Positions 10,500-19,176 of a stretch of 64,000 nt of DNA are shown here, piece after piece. The position numbers were made by a program, and so were the translations under genes. Under the pieces are notes generated by a model. It was not told the origin of the DNA. It searched no databases and saw only the letters and a list, made by a program, of their open reading frames with translations. This stretch comes from a bacterium (GTDB lineage Bacteria; Fidelibacterota; Marinisomatia; Marinisomatales; JAHJCW01): positions 77,372 to 141,371 of the forward strand of contig JANQGY010000015.1 in assembly GCA_028282845.1 (NCBI GenBank). The letters are read 5' to 3'. Position 1 is the first letter of the stretch, and each line of letters starts with the position of its first letter.

Positions 10500-11804
10500 T
10501 TAGCTATTTGGTATTTCGTCCTGATCTGTTGTCTCTTCTTCGGATTCTTCTTTTTTATCAACTTCAATTAGCGATTGGATCAAATCATAAATTTGTTCAA
10601 GATTATCCTCGTTGATCTTATCAGCGCTGAGCAATTTATCCTCACTGGCTGATAATAATTCGGCGACATTGGTAACGTTTATTTTCGCCAAACTTTTCGC
10701 AATATCTTTCGGTATTTCCGATAAACTGCTCAATGTTATTTCTTGATTGCGTTGATAAATTTTATATTCGTCAGGAGCAAAAGCATCAATTTTATAGTCA
10801 ATTAATCTTGAGGCTAAGTTAATGTTCACACCGCCTTTGCCGATCGCAGTCTCAAGCTCTTCCTTATCAAACAAGGCAACGCAATATTTTCTTTCATCGT
10901 CAATATGCAATTCGGTTGGCTTCGCCGGAGACAGTGCTCTCGTGATAAGTACTTCCGGCTTATCGCTATGATTCACAATATCTATTTTCTCATTGTTCAG
11001 TTCACGTACGATTGCCTGAATACGGCTGCCGCGCATTCCAACGCAGGCGCCAACGGCATCAATCCTTCGATCATGAGAACGTACAATGATTTTAGCCCTT
11101 TCACCGGGATGACGGGCAATCTTGGTTATTTCGATTATTCCATCCTCGATTTCAGGTACTTCCATTTCAAAAAGTTTATACAGAAAATGGTTGTCCGCTC
11201 TTGATACGACAATATCCGGCCCCTTCGCTGTAATTTCAACCGATTTGATCACAGCCCGTGTCGTATCGCCGCGGCGGAAACGTTCCGATGGAATTTGCTC
11301 TTTGCGGGGCATTCGCAACTCGGCATGATCAATATTGATGAAAATATTATCGCGTTGCACTTGATGAACAACTCCGATAATGATCTCGCCCACGCGATTG
11401 GCATAATCCTCATAAATATATTTTCGCTCAACATCTACGATTCTTTGTGAGAAGAATTGTTTAGCATGCGCAATTATGCGACGGCTGAAAATGCGCGGAT
11501 CAATCACTTCAACAAACGGATCACCAATTTGCAGATCGCTCAAATCTGGATCAAGTTTCAATACTTCATCTAAAGTTATTTCAAAATTTGGATCACTAAC
11601 TTTATCCACGATTGTTTTTTCAGCGTATATCTCAATTTCTCCTTTATCAATATTCACAATGACGCTACAATTAGAAGAATCGCCATTTTGTTTTTCAATG
11701 ATGTATAGGAACAACTGTTCAATAATTGAACCTAATTCACTGCGATCAACATTTTTATCCCGTGCTATTTCCGAAAATACTTCGATTAATTCTCTGTTTA
11801 TCAA
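10500..11804 (-). CDS. nusA: Transcription termination/antitermination factor NusA
   Basis: 434 aa with an S1 domain and two KH domains. The start codon is TTG, preceded by GGAGGAG. Confidence 0.95.
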   Translation of the reverse strand: MINRELIEVFSEIARDKNVDRSELGSIIEQLFLYIIEKQNGDSSNCSVIVNIDKGEIEIYAEKTIVDKVSDPNFEITLDEVLKLDPDLSDLQIGDPFVEVIDPRIFSRRIIAHAKQFFSQRIVDVERKYIYEDYANRVGEIIIGVVHQVQRDNIFINIDHAELRMPRKEQIPSERFRRGDTTRAVIKSVEITAKGPDIVVSRADNHFLYKLFEMEVPEIEDGIIEITKIARHPGERAKIIVRSHDRRIDAVGACVGMRGSRIQAIVRELNNEKIDIVNHSDKPEVLITRALSPAKPTELHIDDERKYCVALFDKEELETAIGKGGVNINLASRLIDYKIDAFAPDEYKIYQRNQEITLSSLSEIPKDIAKSLAKINVTNVAELLSASEDKLLSADKINEDNLEQIYDLIQSLIEVDKKEESEEETTDQDEIPNS

Positions 11805-11817
11805 AACTCCTCCAATA

Positions 11818-12252
11818 CTAACTAAATGATATTATAACATTTGCCTGCTTAATATTGGCATAATCCACATGACTGATTTTAGACTTTTCCTCGATGAAAA
11901 TCCCCTTACCATCAATATCTTTAAGGATGGCTTTAACAACATTGATCTTTTCACCATCAATAATTTTTATTTTCAGTTTTCTACCGATATTTTTTCGATA
12001 CTGAAACGGTTTCTCCAAATTTGCCGTAACTCCGGCAGAGGTTACTTCCATTTTGTACCCATCCGGATAATACTTGTCAATTACTTCCGAATCCCTGATA
12101 ACCTTAGTTAAATCAGTAATTTCATCAATACTGATCGAGCGTTCAGAATCAACTACAATTCGCACTGCATCATACTGATGATTCTCCTGAACAGCCATCA
12201 AATGCAAATCCGGAGTAAGCAATTTTTTTATATTTTTTTCTAATTCATCCAT
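11818..12252 (-). CDS. rimP: Ribosome maturation factor RimP
   Basis: It sits upstream of nusA with typical RimP length. I chose ATG 12252 (MDELEKN...), because the GTG extension at 12285 lies inside the upstream terminator hairpin. Confidence 0.88.
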   Translation of the reverse strand: MDELEKNIKKLLTPDLHLMAVQENHQYDAVRIVVDSERSISIDEITDLTKVIRDSEVIDKYYPDGYKMEVTSAGVTANLEKPFQYRKNIGRKLKIKIIDGEKINVVKAILKDIDGKGIFIEEKSKISHVDYANIKQANVIISFS

Positions 12253-12261
12253 GTTATGTAA

Positions 12262-12286
12262 ACAAAAAGTGGGCAAAGCACCCACT
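12262..12286 (-). terminator. Rho-independent terminator upstream of rimP
   Basis: Minus strand AGTGGG-TGCTTTG-CCCACT followed by TTTTTG. Confidence 0.5.
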
Positions 12287-12342
12287 TTCCATCTCGCAAA
12301 TTTACCTGTTAAAATTAATTTTTACAAGCGATTAACTATCGG

Positions 12343-13017
12343 TCAACCTTCAATTTTACCTTTTAATTCTTCAGCCATTTTCTGGGTCGAAAATAATAAG
12401 TCATCCTCTTCCAAAATACGATTTACGATCTTCAGCGCTTTATCTGATTTTCCGTTAGAATTTAATTGGTTGGCATATAATAATGTTATTTCATGGCTGT
12501 AAACAGTACCATTTGCGATAGCGGCTCCTTTTGAATAATATTCCTCCGCTAAATCATTGTTGCCGTTTCCTTGAGCAATATCAGCTAACATTTTATAAGC
12601 CGCAGTCAATAACTCCGGTGCTTCACCTTTCTTAATAAAATCAGTTAAGTATTTATCAGCCTCAGCATGATCAGCTTCATCATATAACAGTTTTCCCAAA
12701 TAATAACTCCCCTGTTTGCCAGCTGTGGTGCCGCTGTAATCGTCAATTAATGTTTGCAGTTGAAAACGGGAATTTTCAAAATCTCCTAAGTCTTGTGATA
12801 ACATAGCTTTGCCCAATAAAGCATTGGCTTCGGTATTGCTGTTAGCACGGCTGTTTCCGGTCAAATAAATCATAATAATAACCGCCGCAATTCCTATCGC
12901 TACGCGGTAAATCAATTTTTTCCTTTCAGAAAACCAATTCTGAGCATCATTAACAAATTCCAAAAAGGGGTCTTTCTTCAATTCCTTCTTAGTCATCTTC
13001 TTTTTCGGTTTTAACAT
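12343..13017 (-). CDS. Membrane-anchored TPR protein (YfgM/UPF0070-like)
   Basis: 224 aa with a basic N-terminus, one TM helix (VAIGIAAVIIMIYL), then TPR-like repeats (GSYYLGKLLY, AAYKMLADIAQ). Confidence 0.7.
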   Translation of the reverse strand: MLKPKKKMTKKELKKDPFLEFVNDAQNWFSERKKLIYRVAIGIAAVIIMIYLTGNSRANSNTEANALLGKAMLSQDLGDFENSRFQLQTLIDDYSGTTAGKQGSYYLGKLLYDEADHAEADKYLTDFIKKGEAPELLTAAYKMLADIAQGNGNNDLAEEYYSKGAAIANGTVYSHEITLLYANQLNSNGKSDKALKIVNRILEEDDLLFSTQKMAEELKGKIEG

Positions 13018-13044
13018 TCAATTCTCCATTATTATTAAAGCCTG

Positions 13045-13116
13045 TGAGCTCGAGAGGAATCGAACCTCTATCTAATCCTTAGGAGGGACTTGTTCTATCC
13101 GTTGAACTACGAGCCC
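13045..13116 (-). tRNA. tRNA-Arg (anticodon CCT)
   Basis: Reverse complement GGGCTCG-TA-GTTC-AACGGATA-GAAC-A-AGTCC-CTCCTAA-GGATT-AGAT-AGAGG-TTCGATT-CCTCT-CGAGCTC-A, a 72-nt cloverleaf. Confidence 0.85.
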
Positions 13117-13225
13117 GTTGCATAAAATAGCGTGCGAAAGTTACTGCATTACTTTTTTTTACAAAAGTAATATACTCTACACTTTAGTGAAACAATTTCT
13201 CATAAATTCAATTAAACATAACATC

Positions 13226-14146
13226 ATGAAAAATATATTTATAGTTACAATAATTACAATTGGAGTGATAGCCTTGATGTCTCAGACCAAAGATACTAAA
13301 TACAATAAACTTACGCCTGAAGAAGAACAAGTGGTCATTCACAAAGGTACCGAGCGTCCTTTCAGCGGTGAATATGACCTCCATTTTGAGAAAGGTACTT
13401 ATTTATGTAAACGCTGCGATGCACCGCTTTACCTGTCGGAAGATAAATTCAATGCTCATTGCGGTTGGCCTAGCTTTGATGATGAAATAGCAGGTGCCGT
13501 AAAGCGATTACCCGATCCCGATGGTTTTCGGACTGAAATTGTCTGCGCAAATTGCGATGCCCACCTCGGACACGTATTTGCAGGCGAGGGTTTTACTGAT
13601 AAAAATATTAGACATTGTGTTAACTCAATCTCCTTAAATTTCGACCCTATGAAAGTTGCTAACAAAACCGAAAGAGCGCTATTTGCCTCAGGATGTTTTT
13701 GGGGCACCGAATATCATCTATCAAAGGTTGATGGTGTAATCTCGACTACAGTCGGTTACACCGGTGGTCATAAAGCTAATCCCACTTATCAGGAAGTATG
13801 CACCGGAAATACCGGACATGCCGAAGCAACTGAAGTGATCTACAACCCAAGCAAGGTTAGTTACGAAGAACTTGCCCGACTATTTTTTGAAACTCACGAT
13901 CCGACGCAAGTAAATCGCCAAGGACCCGATATTGGCACGCAATACCGGTCGGCAATTTTTTATTTAGATGATGAGCAAAAGCAAACTGCCAAAAAATTAA
14001 TTGCATTACTTGAAGAGAAGGGATTGAAAATCGCTACCGAAGTAACCGAAGCAGCAAAATTTTGGGAAGCTGAAGACTACCATCAGGATTATTATGACAT
14101 TAAGGGCACTACCCCCTATTGTCATTTTTATACTAAACGATTTTAA
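13226..14146 (+). CDS. msrAB: Fused peptide-methionine sulfoxide reductase MsrB-MsrA with N-terminal hydrophobic signal/anchor
   Basis: The MsrB part has CxxC...CxxC zinc motifs and RHCVNS. The MsrA part has GCFWG. The track start 13118 is TTG and overlaps the tRNA-Arg region; ATG 13226 gives MKNIFIVTIITIGVIALMSQ. Confidence 0.92.
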   Translation: MKNIFIVTIITIGVIALMSQTKDTKYNKLTPEEEQVVIHKGTERPFSGEYDLHFEKGTYLCKRCDAPLYLSEDKFNAHCGWPSFDDEIAGAVKRLPDPDGFRTEIVCANCDAHLGHVFAGEGFTDKNIRHCVNSISLNFDPMKVANKTERALFASGCFWGTEYHLSKVDGVISTTVGYTGGHKANPTYQEVCTGNTGHAEATEVIYNPSKVSYEELARLFFETHDPTQVNRQGPDIGTQYRSAIFYLDDEQKQTAKKLIALLEEKGLKIATEVTEAAKFWEAEDYHQDYYDIKGTTPYCHFYTKRF

Positions 14147-14155
14147 TTTGTAATC

Positions 14156-14379
14156 GTCATTCTAAACGAAGCCCACAGAGTGGACAAGTGAAGAATCCAT
14201 AGATTCTTCGGCACTATGTTTCTCAGAATGACAAGTTCTTTGTTATGGTTGCGAAAACTTATGCGCAGTAATGTACGGAAATCCAATTTGGATATAGATT
14301 CCCAATCAAGTTGGGAATGACAAAAGGATTATGAACATTATTCTTAATTATAGTGTTCTCCCCTTTATAAGGGGGAGAA
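14156..14379. repeat. Island of nested palindromic repeat units (GTCATT...AATGAC family)
   Basis: Unit 14156-14232 runs GTCATTCT...GAAGAATC-CATA-GATTCTTC...AGAATGAC. Unit 14297-14321 is GATTCCCAA-TCAAG-TTGGGAATGAC. Hairpin 14356-14379 is TTCTCCCC-N8-GGGGAGAA. Related units occur at 31.3, 34.5 and 59.8-60.1 kb. Confidence 0.8.
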
Positions 14380-14542
14380 TTAAAGAGGGGGTATAAATTT
14401 GTTACAGATTCTCCCATTTACCTATTTAGCAAATTTAAGCATGGCAGTTTTGACACGCGCCTTCACTCTGTGATGCTCCTTTTCCATCAGAAGGTAACAG
14501 GCAAGTGTGGTACGACAAGTGCGTTTGCCGTTGATGTAGGAA

Positions 14543-15349
14543 CTAACCCTGTCCGATCGTTCCGGTGGAATAATTCAACTCCGATCCGAAAGCGCTGTGT
14601 GGAATAGAAAATATTATCAACATCACAATGGCAGCTATGATCGTTAAATAAGTACGCTCCTTCTTCCAATTTCCGAAAACCGCAATCACCCAAAATATGA
14701 AAGCGACCAAAGTCTTATTATCGGTCAAATCCCATCCGAAAGGAACGCCGGTCCATAAGTCTCCAAAAGCACATTTTTGAACGACAGGACCAAGAATCAT
14801 TCCGCCAAGCGTAAGGAATATTAAAGTAATTATTCCGTACAATTTGTACTTCTCCCGTTTGGCTAAAGCTAATATCCCTGATAGATTGGATAACAACATG
14901 GCAAAAAACATAAAGAAAATGTGCGGAGTGAGCACTGCTGACGGAACATCGCCTTTAAAGCGGATTATGATATGTTCAGTCTCAAATATCATATTATCAG
15001 TATTTACATCATATAATGAAATAAAATATTCCAATTTTCCGGCCGGTGGTTGATTGGGTAAAACTCCTTCCAATACATCATTAACGCGAACCAATTCAAC
15101 TTTGGTAAAATCGTCAGCGGTTGGATATTTTCTATAATATAAATTACCGATTACATTAAAATCGGATATTTCCAATATAACCGGAGCCGGTTGGGAAGTG
15201 CTGTGGCTGCGAAGTAATTCAAGTTTGTGTTCCACCCCATTATACGTAAATGCAATTCTCTTTTCATAGGTCGGACCTGTGGTGCGTTGATAAACCGCAG
15301 CGCTCAAAGTAATGATAATAGCCAACAACCAAAACAAAAAAGTTTTCAT
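14543..15349 (-). CDS. Membrane protein with N-terminal signal/anchor, extracytoplasmic domain and C-terminal polytopic region
   Basis: 268 aa, ATG start overlapping the upstream small ORF (ATGA). The C-terminal TM region contains AFGDLWTGVPFGWDLTDNKT. Confidence 0.7.
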   Translation of the reverse strand: MKTFLFWLLAIIITLSAAVYQRTTGPTYEKRIAFTYNGVEHKLELLRSHSTSQPAPVILEISDFNVIGNLYYRKYPTADDFTKVELVRVNDVLEGVLPNQPPAGKLEYFISLYDVNTDNMIFETEHIIIRFKGDVPSAVLTPHIFFMFFAMLLSNLSGILALAKREKYKLYGIITLIFLTLGGMILGPVVQKCAFGDLWTGVPFGWDLTDNKTLVAFIFWVIAVFGNWKKERTYLTIIAAIVMLIIFSIPHSAFGSELNYSTGTIGQG

Positions 15350-15519
15350 TCATTTATTCCTTTATTCAGTAATTTGTAAAGATTTATTCCAACCAACATT
15401 CCGCAAAATATAAATATTAAAAATTCTGCTACCGTTGCTGTACTTCTTGTCAAAAATATAAGTGCAACACCAAGAAATACCACAACGTAAGCATAATATC
15501 TAAAGTTTGTTTTTTTCAT
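15346..15519 (-). CDS. Small 2-TM membrane protein (57 aa), not in the ORF track
   Basis: Hand translation: MKKTNFRYYAYVVVFLGVALIFLTRSTATVAEFLIFIFCGMLVGINLYKLLNKGINE. The start overlaps the upstream stop by 1 nt and the stop overlaps the downstream ATG (ATGA). It resembles the adjacent 62-aa protein in layout and termini. Confidence 0.5.
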   Translation of the reverse strand: MKKTNFRYYAYVVVFLGVALIFLTRSTATVAEFLIFIFCGMLVGINLYKLLNKGINE

Positions 15520-15707
15520 CAAATGTCCTGATTATATTTTGTCTTTTTCCAATTCAAATAAGCGTTGATAAAAAATAATGCTGCGGCCGTCAAACTCAGT
15601 GCAACACTGCGCTTTTCACCGAACAATATAAGTGGCATCAACAAAAAAATGCAGCCGAATAATAACCACATTATAGTTAGAAACCTATAGATCTTGGTAT
15701 TATTCAT
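15519..15707 (-). CDS. Small 2-TM membrane protein (62 aa)
   Basis: MNNTKIYRFLTIMWLLFGCIFLL...AAALFFINAYLNWKKTK has two hydrophobic helices. It is tightly coupled to its neighbours. Confidence 0.55.
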   Translation of the reverse strand: MNNTKIYRFLTIMWLLFGCIFLLMPLILFGEKRSVALSLTAAALFFINAYLNWKKTKYNQDI

Positions 15708-15710
15708 TGA

Positions 15711-16076
15711 TTATAGAATATCAACAAGGAAAAGCGAGTAAATACCTATTCCAAATGATAGAATCGAAGTGGCGCGATGGGTTAGCTGCATTGTTCTATT
15801 CTCCGATTTATTGCTAATTAAAATAGAGCCCGATACTACCGAAACTATAAAGAACGCGACGGTGAACATCGCTGTTAACAGCGGGAGAAATGTTATTTCC
15901 CAAGTTTTAATCTGCACATAAACAGCTAAGATGTAGATCAAGCCCAAAGCAAATGAAGTTATTTTGTGAAGAGTTGAAAGTAATGGTTTGTACGGCATGC
16001 CCTTGCGCGACATCACGACGCCCGACAAAATTGAAAGGATACTTAAAATCAACATCCATATAACTGCATTATTCAT
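15711..16076 (-). CDS. 4-TM membrane protein (121 aa)
   Basis: Four hydrophobic segments; no recognisable motif. Confidence 0.65.
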   Translation of the reverse strand: MNNAVIWMLILSILSILSGVVMSRKGMPYKPLLSTLHKITSFALGLIYILAVYVQIKTWEITFLPLLTAMFTVAFFIVSVVSGSILISNKSENRTMQLTHRATSILSFGIGIYSLFLVDIL

Positions 16077-16088
16077 AATTTTACCTAA

Positions 16089-16931
16089 TCATCTAGTTTG
16101 TGCTAATGAATCAATTATATTTTTACATCCACCGTTATTCAAATGATCCGTATGTTCCTGTATAGTATCAAATTTTTTGCCACAAATTTTTTCGCATTCC
16201 ATTTCATAATCTGATGCTTGATAAAACTTCTCGATAAGCTCATCAAATGTAGGATTACTTAGTGAATATTTCCACTCGCCTTTTTTTACTAACTCTAAAG
16301 TAATCTTCCACATTGCTGCCGCTAATGCACCGCAACCGCTGCCACGAAAACCAATTCCTCCGGCAAAACCGGCAACCATCACGGCTTCCTCATCGGAACC
16401 ACCCATTCTTTTGACCACTTCGGAAGCACAGCTTTTAGATTCCTTGGCATTAGGTGGCAATTCCAACGCCAGTCCCTGATGCGCGACTTCAATGGCATCA
16501 GGAGCCCATTTTGCTGCGAGATTAAAGCATCCGATCGCCTTACCGGTGAGCATATATTTTGCAAGTTGAAGCTTACTGCCAAAATCAGTTTCGGTTATTT
16601 CCTCACATTCGGTACTATTGGATTTTGTTAAAAAAGACTCTACCATGTGCTTAGTGGCAATTAGCGCCATTGCGATTGCTTCACCTTGTTCCTCTTTTCT
16701 TCTATAAGCTTCAGTCCCTAAAGCTAGCGCCGCACCCCACAGCATACCGCATTGATAGCCTTGTTGGTAAATACCTCCGGCAAGCGGATCAATAGCCTGC
16801 TCTTCAGCTTCTTTTGGATTACCGAACTCACGGTTCAGTATATAACTGAAGGTCCTGCTACAAGTACCTTTCTTTAGAAATGTTCTTCTTACTTTTAGTT
16901 TCGACATCTGATTACACTTTGATAATTTCAC
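16089..16931 (-). CDS. C_GCAxxG_C_C-family putative redox protein (two-domain)
   Basis: It contains QCGMLWGAALALG and GSGCGALAAAMW cores with flanking Cys residues. GTG 16931 overlaps the upstream stop (GTGA); ATG 16907 is an alternative start. Confidence 0.75.
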   Translation of the reverse strand: MKLSKCNQMSKLKVRRTFLKKGTCSRTFSYILNREFGNPKEAEEQAIDPLAGGIYQQGYQCGMLWGAALALGTEAYRRKEEQGEAIAMALIATKHMVESFLTKSNSTECEEITETDFGSKLQLAKYMLTGKAIGCFNLAAKWAPDAIEVAHQGLALELPPNAKESKSCASEVVKRMGGSDEEAVMVAGFAGGIGFRGSGCGALAAAMWKITLELVKKGEWKYSLSNPTFDELIEKFYQASDYEMECEKICGKKFDTIQEHTDHLNNGGCKNIIDSLAQTR

Positions 16932-17599
16932 TTTTTCCTAATAGTATAATATCTTGATCTAAATTGTGTGGGATCTTCTTTATACATTTCAACTTCTTTA
17001 ATATCAGATTTAAATAATTCTAATAGATCACTATTCTCAATTTTAGAAATGTTATTTTCTAGACATGAGCAGTATTTATCCCACCAAATATTCTCATCCA
17101 AACTGAATGAATCAAGAATTTCACAATTATTATTTCCAATGAGTTTAGTCTTTTCATCATTACCTTGATAATCATCATGAATTATGAAATACCCATTTGG
17201 TTTTAAATGTTTCAGTAGGTTAATAAAACCCTTCTCGAAACCGATTACATTCAAAAAGCCTTCGGCAAGAATAATATCGAAATAATTGATTTTGGGGTTA
17301 ACATCATTTAATGAACTATTATGGATAGTGAATTTTTCTTGATAATTGAGTTCCTTCACCTTCCTTTGGAACTCATTAATAGACCTTCTATCAATATCTA
17401 TAGCTGTAACATGGCTATCGAACTTCTCAACAATAAAAAGCGAAGGCACTCCTGAGCCGCAGCCTACGTCCAATACTTTACAATCTTTAATTTGTGGAAT
17501 TAGCGAAATCGCATTATCTAAATATGGCAATAATTGTTTTCTACACTTATCTCTTACGCGAAAATATTGCGTTTCTAATTTTTGTTCTGACACTAACAT
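16928..17599 (-). CDS. Class I SAM-dependent methyltransferase
   Basis: Motif I is VLDVGCGSGVPS, with acidic D at the end of beta-2 (AIDID). Confidence 0.85.
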   Translation of the reverse strand: MLVSEQKLETQYFRVRDKCRKQLLPYLDNAISLIPQIKDCKVLDVGCGSGVPSLFIVEKFDSHVTAIDIDRRSINEFQRKVKELNYQEKFTIHNSSLNDVNPKINYFDIILAEGFLNVIGFEKGFINLLKHLKPNGYFIIHDDYQGNDEKTKLIGNNNCEILDSFSLDENIWWDKYCSCLENNISKIENSDLLELFKSDIKEVEMYKEDPTQFRSRYYTIRKK

Positions 17600-17965
17600 T
17601 TAAAATAATCCGTATTCATTTGGTGAATCATCAATCGCTTCCTGCGATGCTTCCCACGATTCAACTATCTTGCCATTTTCGAATCGGAAAAGGTGTAATA
17701 CCGAGTATTCTTTTGAATCGAGCACAATCCTGCCATGGACAGTAACTAATTCACCTTCCGCCACCGTTCTGAGCGGTTCGTAAATTTTATCAGAATATTG
17801 TTTATGGGCATCTTCCATTGCTTCCAAAAGTGATTGTCGATCACCTTTGAAATAAGGCATGTGATGTTTGAAATCAGGATGCACATATTTAGCATAAGCT
17901 TCTTTGATCTTTCCTGCTTGAACCTCAGTCAAAAAGGCAATTGCTATTTCTTTATTTGTCATCAT
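17600..17965 (-). CDS. NTF2-fold (SnoaL-like) protein
   Basis: About 121 aa from ATG 17965 (MMTNKEIAIAFL...). The alpha+beta cone pattern ends with FRFENGKIVESWE. Confidence 0.65.
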   Translation of the reverse strand: MMTNKEIAIAFLTEVQAGKIKEAYAKYVHPDFKHHMPYFKGDRQSLLEAMEDAHKQYSDKIYEPLRTVAEGELVTVHGRIVLDSKEYSVLHLFRFENGKIVESWEASQEAIDDSPNEYGLF

Positions 17966-18009
17966 TCCCTCTATTTTTAAATAATCAATGTACAATCGCT
18001 AATCAATTT

Positions 18010-19074
18010 TTAGAATCCGAATCCGCGTTTAGCCAATTGGTGAGCGATCCAATCGGAAGCTGCGTAAACTGAAATTGAAATAATTAAGAATCCCGTCAAT
18101 CCAATTTCCACGCCATACAACACAACTGCCAACCACCCGATTAGCACCCAATGGAAAAAGTAAATTTCCGTTACATTTCTGCTCCAACGCTTAAATTGAT
18201 CAATGATGAATTGCGGTAGAATTTTTGTTACCACAAATAATAGACTGATCCAAAATAAGCAGAATAATAGGTACACAATATTTGCCGACAAGTCGTGGTG
18301 ATAATAACCCGTTTCAGTGGCCATACCAAGGTCCAGCTTGAAAATACCAACAAATATGAAAATGAATATCATCATAAGAATAAAAGAAACAAACAACAAA
18401 ATTTTATAAAATGAATTTTTATTAGCAACTCGTATCAGATAAGTCGCAAAGAGATAGCCCGTGATCGGATAGAAAATCCAAGTTAAAAACGAGAAGGAAC
18501 TATGCTCGTTTGAGCCCCAAAACAGGCCGGTTACAGCCTGTAAAATGTATCCTTCAACTTGGATGTTTAGCATAACAAAATTCAGTAAAGCGAATGCCAA
18601 GCCAAGCAAGCCAATCCCTAAAGGATCTATCTTTGACCATTTGATAAAACCAAAAAACATCATACTTAGTCCAGCGAATTGCAAAATATCTATTTCGATC
18701 AGCATTTCTATGGCCGAATACAAATGTTCGGGATCGTCAAGCGCTATATAACCAAGTAATTCAGGCAGGAATCCACGTAGAAAGTTGAGCAAGTAACCGG
18801 TAAGTAAAATTGTAACGCCGCGTTTGATAAAGTATTTGTAATCGGTTTGGCGGGTATATAAAAACCCAATGCCCATCAGGAACATAAATATCGGAGCAGC
18901 CGGGATTCCGCCAAAAAACTCGACCGTCATTCCAATCACAGATTCCACCACTTCCTCTTTGGAGAATATCATTTGGACATGAACGAGCACCATGAATATA
19001 ACCGCGAGACCGCGGGCAATATCCAACTCAAGTTGCCGACCGGCATTAACCTTATCTGTTGCGAATAATTTCAT
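18010..19074 (-). CDS. Polytopic membrane acyltransferase-like protein (DUF1624/HGSNAT-like)
   Basis: 354 aa. The N-terminal RQLELDIARGLAVIFMVLVH motif is followed by about 10 TM helices. Confidence 0.65.
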   Translation of the reverse strand: MKLFATDKVNAGRQLELDIARGLAVIFMVLVHVQMIFSKEEVVESVIGMTVEFFGGIPAAPIFMFLMGIGFLYTRQTDYKYFIKRGVTILLTGYLLNFLRGFLPELLGYIALDDPEHLYSAIEMLIEIDILQFAGLSMMFFGFIKWSKIDPLGIGLLGLAFALLNFVMLNIQVEGYILQAVTGLFWGSNEHSSFSFLTWIFYPITGYLFATYLIRVANKNSFYKILLFVSFILMMIFIFIFVGIFKLDLGMATETGYYHHDLSANIVYLLFCLFWISLLFVVTKILPQFIIDQFKRWSRNVTEIYFFHWVLIGWLAVVLYGVEIGLTGFLIISISVYAASDWIAHQLAKRGFGF

Positions 19075-19176
19075 TTTACGGTTTGTAAACTAAATAGAAT
19101 TATAGGATATCAGACAGGATAATTTGTGCTACAAATTTGTGCAAACACTATAGTCTTTATTTTCTGTTCTAGATTA

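Noticed and set aside
13118-13225. TTG-initiated 5' extension of the msrAB ORF as given in the track
   Set aside because: The extension abuts the tRNA-Arg gene and encodes no recognisable sequence. ATG 13226 yields a plausible signal or anchor.
14438-14500. Minus-strand frame ending ...EGACQNCHA* containing a CxxCH heme-binding motif, possibly a cytochrome c remnant
   Set aside because: The open stretch is very short, has no start codon, and sits within a repeat-rich intergenic region. A single CxxCH can easily arise by chance.
14487-14693. 68-aa minus-strand ORF overlapping the end of the 14543-15349 gene
   Set aside because: It lies out of frame within a better-supported gene and extends into repeat sequence, with no motif.
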